From a virus, in the IMG/VR virus record IMGVR_UViG_3300022928_000019, positions 1-64,000 of that record: a stretch of DNA of 64,000 nucleotides; one strand, given 5' to 3'. Of the stretch, positions 56,793 through 64,000 are shown in pieces; within the stretch, counting starts at the first letter, position 1; each line of letters begins with the position of its first letter. A model generated the notes under the pieces. That model did no database searches and was not told the DNA's origin. It saw nothing but the letters and a program-made list of their open reading frames with translations. The position numbers were made by a program, and so were the translations under genes.

Positions 56793-56814
56793 GTAACCCA
56801 AAAGATTAAGTAAC
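56793..56814 (+). promoter_or_regulatory. GTAACCTA-type motif
   Basis: GTAACCCA AAAGAT TAAGTAAC, 3 nt before ATG at 56818. Confidence 0.65.
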
Positions 56815-56817
56815 ACT

Positions 56818-57018
56818 ATGCCGATTATTACTATTACTGGAGAATTAGACGAAGAGGCAATTAATGCGCTTCCTTCATTAGAGCATAATGACAATATTAC
56901 AATTACTTTGACTGCTAATGTGGATGGAAAGGTAACAACTGAGGCTGGAACTATAGAGTCTTACATAATCGGGCAAGCAGGTGCAGAATTCTCAGTCGAT
57001 AACATAACCGTAAATTAA
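56818..57018 (+). CDS. Hypothetical protein
   Basis: 66 aa following the motif. Confidence 0.6.
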   Translation: MPIITITGELDEEAINALPSLEHNDNITITLTANVDGKVTTEAGTIESYIIGQAGAEFSVDNITVN

Positions 57019-57019
57019 G

Positions 57020-57295
57020 ATGCAAGACTTAGTACAATTGAATATATCCGAACCTGAAGTCTCTGAATTATTTGAGGGAATTTCAGCAGGAAGTAAAGTA
57101 AAGCTTACCCTCGAAGTTACGGTTTCAGAGTTAGATGACGAAAGGTTCATTGCTACTATCGATGAAGTCCATGACAATGTGAGTTCAGAAGACGATATCG
57201 AAATGGAAGATGAGGATGATTACGAGGATGATGACGAGGATGATGACGAGGATGATGAGTACGAAGAGGAAGAGGACGAAGAAGAGGAGTCTTGA
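57020..57295 (+). CDS. Very acidic small protein, possible paralog of the preceding gene
   Basis: Similar beta pattern (KVKLTLEVTV vs NITITLTANV) plus a D/E tail. Confidence 0.6.
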   Translation: MQDLVQLNISEPEVSELFEGISAGSKVKLTLEVTVSELDDERFIATIDEVHDNVSSEDDIEMEDEDDYEDDDEDDDEDDEYEEEEDEEEES

Positions 57296-57623
57296 TAAGT
57301 ACTCTCCTGCAAGTCTAATAATCAAAGCTCATTATAACGAGGTTGGAGTAAACAAGGTTTGGAACCGAAATCGTATACAGAGGTTAATAGGATACCTCCG
57401 TATCACAGAGGAGGAACTAGTATCTTTACTGAACTCAAACATATCTGCCTTCAAGGCCTCTTATCTAAGAGGCTCAGTTACTGGCCCCTGTGCATTACTC
57501 CTAACAGTCTTAGAAGCCACATACATGAGTGAGTTCATAAAGGACTCAATTCCAGACATATTTAACTTTTATGGTACATCCCGACATACTCAAAAAGACA
57601 GGCACGACACAGCAGCGCCTTAG
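57292..57623 (+). CDS. Hypothetical HTH-like protein
   Basis: Likely TTG start overlapping the upstream stop. Confidence 0.5.
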
Positions 57624-59880
57624 GGAAGTTTTTACCTGCAAAAAGTCAGACTCCAAGGATTGGAAGATCAAGGAGAGATTGACTGATTTAGTACGCAGTC
57701 GTGTACATGAGGGCATTTATCATTCATGTAAAAATCACTCTCTGTACCTAGCAGTCGATTTAGCATGGGACTCTCTTCCTATTAATAAGTTTTCGATTCC
57801 GTTATTACAGTACGCACAGGGAAAAATAAATATTCAGCAGTGTGCCACAAAGCTAGATGGAATAGATCCCGAACTTGCTGAGCAGTATACTACATATGAT
57901 GATGAGGGGACAGTTAAAGATATTAACTTACTTCGTCTGTATGAGGTGACTGTAAATATTATTCGGTCGTACATAACGCGGCGAGTTGCTGCGCAAGTTA
58001 GTAGGTTCAGCAATCTATATCCTTACCTTAAATTCGATGCAAGAGGTACAGACACTCCATCTAAGGTTAGGGCAGAAGTATTGTCACAACGCGTAGAGAT
58101 GATGACCGAACAGTTCGGATTTAGAACAAAGTTCGAGCAGGCTATAAGATCTATGTTTATGTATGGCTATGCGATTATGTTTCCGTCTGAGCCTTGGACT
58201 AGGAAAGTTCAGTGGCGTGAAGATGAGGATGGGGACTTAGAAAGCTATGTTGAGAAAGAGGGTATACACTTTGATTTGCCACATCCTACTAGAACATTTT
58301 GGGATAACTCAGAGCCGATCTCTGCTATAAATACTGATCTTGGCCCTAATTGGATTGGATATTGGGATATCGTAAGGTTTTCCGATGTGAGGGATGATGC
58401 AGCATATTGGAATCTAGACGACATTGCTTACACCAATAGCTTGCATGGCTTAGTTAATTCATACAAGGATTTCTTTGATTACTACTTTGATGGATCTGTT
58501 TTAGCTTTTCCAAAGAAGACAGATTGGTTTCCATTTAATAACGACAGGACTTCTAGTAAGGGAATTTATGCTGGGGAGGATGAAGATAAAGCAATGTTTG
58601 TTTCTACTATCTTCATGAGGCTTAACCCTAAAGCAGAAGGATTAGGAGACTACCCATTTGATTGTTGGCTCAAGCTAGTCGTAGCTAGTGATGAAACAAT
58701 TATCTATGCAGAATGGATGCCTTCTCTACCTGCTATTTATGGAGGCATCAATCAAAACGATGACCGAATGGCTAATTGCTCTTTTGCTCATGACCTGATG
58801 CCATTCCAAGATCAGCTTAATAATATAGTATATTCTATGCTGCATCACATGAAGGTTTCAATGTTTAAGGTCATGATGATTGATCAAGATGCCTTAGATC
58901 CAGATGTTCAGGAGTACCTGCAAGATTCACTAGCAGAAGACACATTCTACCAAAAGCCTAAGGCTGTATTTTATTCAGGTGCTAGGGCAGCTGACTTAGG
59001 CATAGATACTAAGAATATTCTTACCGTGGTAGACGCATCCAACGAGTTATCACAGGGTATAAACAATTCACTGAACTCTTTGTTTCAGCTTTTGAGCTTA
59101 GTTGAGAAGCTAATGATTCTGTCTCCTCAAGAATTAGGTCAGACAGCTGAGCGTGAAATATCAGCCACAGAAGTCTCGGAAATTGCTAATAGTACAAATG
59201 CAATTTACTCCTTTATATCTCAAGGCATTGATGACATGCGCGCTGCAGCAAAGAAGATGATCTACGAGCATCTTGTTACCTGTTCTACAACAGAGTTCAA
59301 TGTTCCTGTTAAAAAGAGATTCACTTTAGCTTCCATAACAGAAGCAGGTTTAGAGATAGAAGATACTGGGGATCAAGATGAGAATCCCAAAGGCAGAAAC
59401 ATTATAGGATTACCGAGCAACCTCGTACACGAGTATTTATTTACAAGTCGAGACGGATCGGAGCGGACACAAAACATACAGGCAGCAGGAGCATTGACTC
59501 AGTTATTCCAGCAGATTATGTCGGTTCAGCCTATTGCTGAGGCTTTGGGCAAGGAGCGTATGTTTGAAATGCTGAATGAGATTTTTAGAATGTCGGGTGC
59601 TGGGTATGATCTAAACTTAGAGATGGATGAGGCAGACGAGGCTGAAGAATTAAGCATGCAGGACGAGCAATTTATGGCTGAGCTTAAGGTTAAAATGCCA
59701 CAGATTGAGCAAATGCTCATGATGTTATCTCAACAAATAGGAGGTCAACCAGGTCAACCAGGTCAACCAGGTCAACCAGCTCCAGGAGGAGAAGGTATGC
59801 CTATGCCTATGCCTATGCCACAGGGTGAACCGATGCCGGCTGAAGGGCAAGCTCCCCCACCCGAGCAAGCACCAGTTTAA
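57571..59880 (+). CDS. Portal protein
   Basis: 769 aa after terL; P.QDQLN, SATEV motifs; P/Q/G-rich tail. Confidence 0.8.
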   Translation: MVHPDILKKTGTTQQRLREVFTCKKSDSKDWKIKERLTDLVRSRVHEGIYHSCKNHSLYLAVDLAWDSLPINKFSIPLLQYAQGKINIQQCATKLDGIDPELAEQYTTYDDEGTVKDINLLRLYEVTVNIIRSYITRRVAAQVSRFSNLYPYLKFDARGTDTPSKVRAEVLSQRVEMMTEQFGFRTKFEQAIRSMFMYGYAIMFPSEPWTRKVQWREDEDGDLESYVEKEGIHFDLPHPTRTFWDNSEPISAINTDLGPNWIGYWDIVRFSDVRDDAAYWNLDDIAYTNSLHGLVNSYKDFFDYYFDGSVLAFPKKTDWFPFNNDRTSSKGIYAGEDEDKAMFVSTIFMRLNPKAEGLGDYPFDCWLKLVVASDETIIYAEWMPSLPAIYGGINQNDDRMANCSFAHDLMPFQDQLNNIVYSMLHHMKVSMFKVMMIDQDALDPDVQEYLQDSLAEDTFYQKPKAVFYSGARAADLGIDTKNILTVVDASNELSQGINNSLNSLFQLLSLVEKLMILSPQELGQTAEREISATEVSEIANSTNAIYSFISQGIDDMRAAAKKMIYEHLVTCSTTEFNVPVKKRFTLASITEAGLEIEDTGDQDENPKGRNIIGLPSNLVHEYLFTSRDGSERTQNIQAAGALTQLFQQIMSVQPIAEALGKERMFEMLNEIFRMSGAGYDLNLEMDEADEAEELSMQDEQFMAELKVKMPQIEQMLMMLSQQIGGQPGQPGQPGQPAPGGEGMPMPMPMPQGEPMPAEGQAPPPEQAPV

Positions 59881-59883
59881 TTT

Positions 59884-61203
59884 ATGAGCGAAGAAAAGAT
59901 TGAAGAACAAGTAGAGGAAACGCCAGCGGTAGATGCTCCTGAGGAAGAGTCTAGCAACCCAATTTTCGATGCCTTATTTAAGGCAGTTGAAGAAGAGGGT
60001 ACTGAAGATGAGGCAGAGCAAGAATTTGTTCCACCGCAGTCTCTCCATGGTGCTTTACATGAACTTGAATCAGAAGAGCCATCTGAGCAATCGGAGCAAT
60101 CAGAACCAGAACAACCAGAAGAATCTGCAGGCAAAGAAGTTCAGCAAGAGGCTTCATCTAGTCCAAAGAAGGTTAAACGAAAAAGAAGGGTAGTTGATCC
60201 TGTATTTGATAGTCCACATAAACGACCTACAAAGCAACCTACAGAACCACAAGATGACCTTACTGGTTTAAACTCAGATGAGCGTAAAAGATATGAATTG
60301 GCAAAGTGGGCTTCTGAAAACCTAGAAGGATACAAGAATAAGCATAAATCCTATCTTTCATTTTTTAGGAAGCACCAAGAGTTTCTTAATAAAAAGCTAT
60401 CAGATGACCCCGAATCTGATTTATCTCAAGATAGTGAATATAGGAGTTTTTTGGTTCAGAATCAGCCAGCATTTAATGTTGATGAGGTTAAGGATAAAAG
60501 AATTACAACAGAGGCAGAAAAGAAAGCTCTCGATAAACTTCAGCCAGAGCAACAAAAACTTGAGCGTCAGATCAAAGCCTTAAGGAATGAGCCTATTGCC
60601 AAAGAACTTAAAGCGAAAAAGAAGAAGCTAGTCTCTGATAATATCCCTAAGGAAGTAATGGATCTTTTTAGATCTAACCCCAATTTTTCTAAGACACATG
60701 CTTTAGAAGCAAAGATTGTAGACCGTGTTCTTGGAGATGCTTATTCGATGATTGATGCATTTTATGATATATCTCATGAAATTGCAGATTATAATGAGAA
60801 AAATCCAGTTCATGTTAAGCTCTCGAAGTGGATCGATAATGAGCAGACAAACTACATTAATTCTGGTAAAACAAAAAAGGGAGGTCGTCTTTTTGTAAGA
60901 AGAGAAAGATTCCCAGGTGTCCCAGATGCAGAGAAGTCAAAGTATTATACATTTTCGGATGATGATGTTATGAAGCTTCTAGCAGCACGAGCAGGGCAAA
61001 GTGTTGATACTCAGATCAAAAAAACACTAAAGAATTTGCAAGAGTCTGGGTTCGTTAGGGGAAGTGGGGGCAAGGCAAGTCCTGCCCTTGAACCAAATCC
61101 ATCTCCTTCGCCTAGGAGGTCACCTTCACCTAGACCTGGGCCTTCGGCGCCACAGGCTGAACCTAAATCTGACAACCCAGTGATATCCCTTTTGGGACTA
61201 TAG
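59884..61203 (+). CDS. Putative scaffolding protein
   Basis: Acidic N-terminus, helical core, located between portal and capsid. Confidence 0.6.
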   Translation: MSEEKIEEQVEETPAVDAPEEESSNPIFDALFKAVEEEGTEDEAEQEFVPPQSLHGALHELESEEPSEQSEQSEPEQPEESAGKEVQQEASSSPKKVKRKRRVVDPVFDSPHKRPTKQPTEPQDDLTGLNSDERKRYELAKWASENLEGYKNKHKSYLSFFRKHQEFLNKKLSDDPESDLSQDSEYRSFLVQNQPAFNVDEVKDKRITTEAEKKALDKLQPEQQKLERQIKALRNEPIAKELKAKKKKLVSDNIPKEVMDLFRSNPNFSKTHALEAKIVDRVLGDAYSMIDAFYDISHEIADYNEKNPVHVKLSKWIDNEQTNYINSGKTKKGGRLFVRRERFPGVPDAEKSKYYTFSDDDVMKLLAARAGQSVDTQIKKTLKNLQESGFVRGSGGKASPALEPNPSPSPRRSPSPRPGPSAPQAEPKSDNPVISLLGL

Positions 61204-61311
61204 ATCGATCTTTTGGTAATCAATTAACAGCCATGCTTGCTGTGGATTTATAGAAAAATACCAAAAGATCAGTAGTTCAGCTTTTTTTGTAAAAGTTACG
61301 CTATTTTGAAT

Positions 61312-61333
61312 GTAACCAATTAATCTTAGTTAC
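61312..61333 (+). promoter_or_regulatory. GTAACCTA-type motif
   Basis: GTAACCAA TTAATC TTAGTTAC, 8 nt before ATG at 61342. Confidence 0.6.
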
Positions 61334-61341
61334 AAAACATT

Positions 61342-63204
61342 ATGGCAAACGAAATACAAAGTTCAGGACAATTTACTACTTCTGGTTATCAGAACACGCA
61401 GATGTCAGTACCAACTGCATCTAATGCTAGTTCTTTAATCCCGGGTGGTGGATCAGGTTACGAGGCACTTCCTCGTATTATTAAGGTAGATAGCTCAACA
61501 GGCTGCACCCTTACCAAGGCTCATGTTAAAGGTTTAACACCTGGCGAGTTCGAGGCACTTGGAAATAAGGAAGTTGACCTTGCTCGTGTTATTGCCTCTG
61601 CAGCTGAGGCTAAAACTCTTGGCGTTGAGGAGCGTGGACTCGCAACCTTGCTTACATCCTCTGTTCAGAATATTAAGCCTTTAATAAATAAGCAGAATAT
61701 CGCAGAACAATCGATTATTCTTCCTTATGTTCAGCGTCGTCAGCGTTCAGTTATCAATGCTAACTACTTTGCCGTAGAAGGAGGGCTTGCAGCAACTTCT
61801 TCAGATGCATATGATGCTTCTTTTAGCAGTCAATCTGGTGACTACAAAGTAACTGTTAACTTGGGTGGTTCTGATTGGGTAACTCCTCTTCAGAATATTG
61901 AGCGTTACTTCCTCCCTGGTGGTTATGTTATCGTTAATCACTGGACAGCAGCAGGTGCTGTTCAAGAAGTACAGTTTATGATCGTTGGGGCTGCTAATGC
62001 AGATGCAGGTAGCATTGCTAAAGCAACTGTTATTCTTCGCCCTACTGGAAAAGATATCCCTGCATCGGCAGCATTCTCTACTCTTCCAGCTGGCGTTCAA
62101 GCAAAATGGCAGCCAACTGCAGGTATCCTTCAAACGATTGCCAACAATGTAAACGACTATGAGTCGTGGTGTCGTAACCAACCAACTGACCTGAGCGTAC
62201 GTCTCTTGGTTAACTGGTTGCAAACCACTCGTGAATCTCGTGAGGTCAATGACTCTTACAAGAAGACCCTCGAGTCGATTATGTCTGGCAAGGTTAATCC
62301 TTATCTCTCTTCCATGGTCTATCAGCCGCTTCAAGAGCAAAACAAAATTGCTTCCAAGATTAGCCAAGATCAATGGACACGATCCGTATGGTACAACCAA
62401 GCCATTAACGACGCTCAGAAACCTGAGACTTACATGAATCTTCCTGCGGTTACTGACCCAGAGGACACCAATTGTACACTCGAGTACAAAGCCAACGCAC
62501 TTGGTATTAAGTCTCTGCTTCGTGAAGGTAATCGTATTAAGGACAATGCTGGAAATGCCCTTGACCTTGATTCTCTCTTCTCTGACTTGTACCATCTCAA
62601 GCGGAATCGTGAACAAGATGGTGATACTATCTCAACCATCGATGTCATGACTGACCGTTTGACTGCAGTCAAAATCTTTGAAGCTTTCAATTCTTACTAC
62701 AAGCTTCGTTACGGTTGGGAAACTCAGCGTAATGCCAACATCAATCAAACGATTGAGCATAACGGCATCATACTTTTCAACTACAATGTTTACGACATTC
62801 CTGATGTTGGAGTACAATTGGCAGTCTTCCATGACCCAATGTTCGATGACTTCTTGAATGTAAGTGCTGGGAAAAAGTATCTTCTCGATGGAACTCGTTC
62901 TGGGGACGATGTATTCAGTGGAGACGATGCAGGATTCTCTCAAGCTACAAGTCGTATGTTGTGGCTCGTTGACTGGTCTGACGTAAAGATCGGTATTGCT
63001 GGAACCAACAGCATTACTCGCACTCAACCTCATCCTGAAGTTGATCGCTTGTATAGCTGCCGTATGGACTCTGTGAAACGCACATTCAATCTGCGTTCTA
63101 CAAAGTGGACTACCATGATGGATCGTCCCCACCGTCACCTCATCATCGAGAACATCTCCGATGAGGTACAGTTTACTATCGGCACTACGACCCACAAGTT
63201 CTAA
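61342..63204 (+). CDS. Major capsid protein (putative, unusually long at 620 aa)
   Basis: Position after portal and scaffold; high-expression-type codons (CGT, AAC); followed by a terminator. Confidence 0.75.
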   Translation: MANEIQSSGQFTTSGYQNTQMSVPTASNASSLIPGGGSGYEALPRIIKVDSSTGCTLTKAHVKGLTPGEFEALGNKEVDLARVIASAAEAKTLGVEERGLATLLTSSVQNIKPLINKQNIAEQSIILPYVQRRQRSVINANYFAVEGGLAATSSDAYDASFSSQSGDYKVTVNLGGSDWVTPLQNIERYFLPGGYVIVNHWTAAGAVQEVQFMIVGAANADAGSIAKATVILRPTGKDIPASAAFSTLPAGVQAKWQPTAGILQTIANNVNDYESWCRNQPTDLSVRLLVNWLQTTRESREVNDSYKKTLESIMSGKVNPYLSSMVYQPLQEQNKIASKISQDQWTRSVWYNQAINDAQKPETYMNLPAVTDPEDTNCTLEYKANALGIKSLLREGNRIKDNAGNALDLDSLFSDLYHLKRNREQDGDTISTIDVMTDRLTAVKIFEAFNSYYKLRYGWETQRNANINQTIEHNGIILFNYNVYDIPDVGVQLAVFHDPMFDDFLNVSAGKKYLLDGTRSGDDVFSGDDAGFSQATSRMLWLVDWSDVKIGIAGTNSITRTQPHPEVDRLYSCRMDSVKRTFNLRSTKWTTMMDRPHRHLIIENISDEVQFTIGTTTHKF

Positions 63205-63242
63205 GCGCTAAGCCTCTCACATCTCACATCACTCATGACGGT

Positions 63243-63281
63243 CGGGAGGCACTGCGTATGCGGGGCCTCCCGATCTATTTT
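63243..63281 (+). terminator. Terminator after the capsid gene
   Basis: tcgggaggc...gcctcccga stem followed by TCTATTTT. Confidence 0.7.
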
Positions 63282-63289
63282 ACAAAGAT

Positions 63290-63685
63290 ATGAAGTTACA
63301 TTTTGAAAACGCAGATATTAAGTATAATGGATTTGATAGTTTTATCAGAGTCCAAGTAGGGGCTTCCTGGGAAGGCATTGCAGAGGTTGAAGATAAGCTT
63401 GGCAGTGACCTAGTTGAAATCCCTGGCGTAAGTGAGCTATCTGATTCTGATTGGGATTGGTATAAAAAAAAATCCGTAGAGGATCCAGTAGCCTACCGTC
63501 AGTTCGGAGTAATCAAACAGGATTCAACTCAAAACCCAAATGCCGTGTATGCTCAGGAAGCTGGAAGTCCTACGGATACTCCTACTTCGGGTGACAGTGA
63601 AGTCATTGAAGTAGAGGTAGAAGATGTAGCTCCACCTACTGCTGAGGAAGAACCACCTACTCCGAAAAGGAAAGGTAAGAAGTAA
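63290..63685 (+). CDS. Hypothetical protein
   Basis: 131 aa after the capsid gene. Confidence 0.65.
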   Translation: MKLHFENADIKYNGFDSFIRVQVGASWEGIAEVEDKLGSDLVEIPGVSELSDSDWDWYKKKSVEDPVAYRQFGVIKQDSTQNPNAVYAQEAGSPTDTPTSGDSEVIEVEVEDVAPPTAEEEPPTPKRKGKK

Positions 63686-63834
63686 TGGATCAGCACACTG
63701 CAGTCGGGACATTCGGCTGGGTTTGCTCTTGGGGTCTTGCTGAATTTCATTTGATTGCAGCTAGCTCTGCTGCAACACTTACATGTGTCTACATGATACT
63801 GGCGATTAGATCCAAACTGAGGGATACTAAGTAA
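63685..63834 (+). CDS. Small membrane protein, holin-like (49 aa; not in ORF track)
   Basis: MDQHTAVGTFGWVCSWGLAEFHLIAASSAATLTCVYMILAIRSKLRDTK; TAATG overlaps at both ends. Confidence 0.5.
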   Translation: MDQHTAVGTFGWVCSWGLAEFHLIAASSAATLTCVYMILAIRSKLRDTK

Positions 63835-64000
63835 TGAACACTATTTCCATAGATGCCGTAGGTAGGGACAAGCTATCTGCATCTGCTTTTAATATACCAG
63901 TCGCAGTAGTATCTAACCGTTTGGCAACATTCGAGCATGCGGCCTTCTCGGGTGTGTTTCAACAGACTGCAGCCGGAACACTTCCCTCATATAGTGCTAA
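63834..64000 (+). CDS. Partial CDS running off the window
   Basis: MNTISIDAVGRDKL..., open to the edge. Confidence 0.55.
   Translation, partial: MNTISIDAVGRDKLSASAFNIPVAVVSNRLATFEHAAFSGVFQQTAAGTLPSYSA

Larger units (their letters stand above)
1..64000. mobile_element. Tailed bacteriophage genome segment (temperate, podovirus-like), free attP form
   Basis: Terminase, portal, capsid-position gene, phage replication genes, two integrases and no host housekeeping genes. Large internal-virion-type ORFs and no obvious tape measure or sheath gene. Confidence 0.95.

Noticed and set aside
59742-59820. PGQ and PM microrepeats at the portal 3' end
   Set aside because: Ordinary low-complexity portal tail.
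61801-63195. Long antisense ORFs (271 and 187 aa) over the capsid gene
   Set aside because: By-product of biased codon usage; no protein-like features. The same applies to antisense ORFs within the giant gene and dnaB.
1-64000. Diversity-generating retroelement or retron
   Set aside because: No reverse transcriptase motif and no TR/VR pair seen in this window.

Overview
This window is 64 kb of a tailed dsDNA bacteriophage genome (probably podovirus-like and temperate) that continues beyond both edges. Layout: (i) 1-23.8 kb, + strand late genes: tail-fibre-like proteins, large internal-virion proteins including a 3632-aa polyvalent protein with a kinase domain, and a cluster of very basic small proteins; (ii) 23.9-40.7 kb, - strand early region: tyrosine recombinase, SNF2 helicase, a C5 methyltransferase encoded in two overlapping frames, many small acidic ORFs and two candidate structured ncRNAs; (iii) about 40.75-40.8 kb, a divergence point with IHF-like sites and G-runs (possible genome end or pac region); (iv) 44.7-52 kb, - strand replication/recombination genes (dNMP kinase, SSB, DnaB, RusA, exonuclease, Sak); (v) 52-54 kb, a switch/origin region and a second integrase whose 5' part carries the 3' half of tRNA-Val(GAC) (attP); (vi) 54.6-64 kb, terminase, portal, scaffold and major capsid. 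A 22-bp quasi-palindrome (GTAACCTA-N6-TARRTWAC) sits just before many start codons on both strands. A Verrucomicrobiota (Opitutales-like) host is suggested by inference only. All product calls come from motif recognition by eye; no searches were run.
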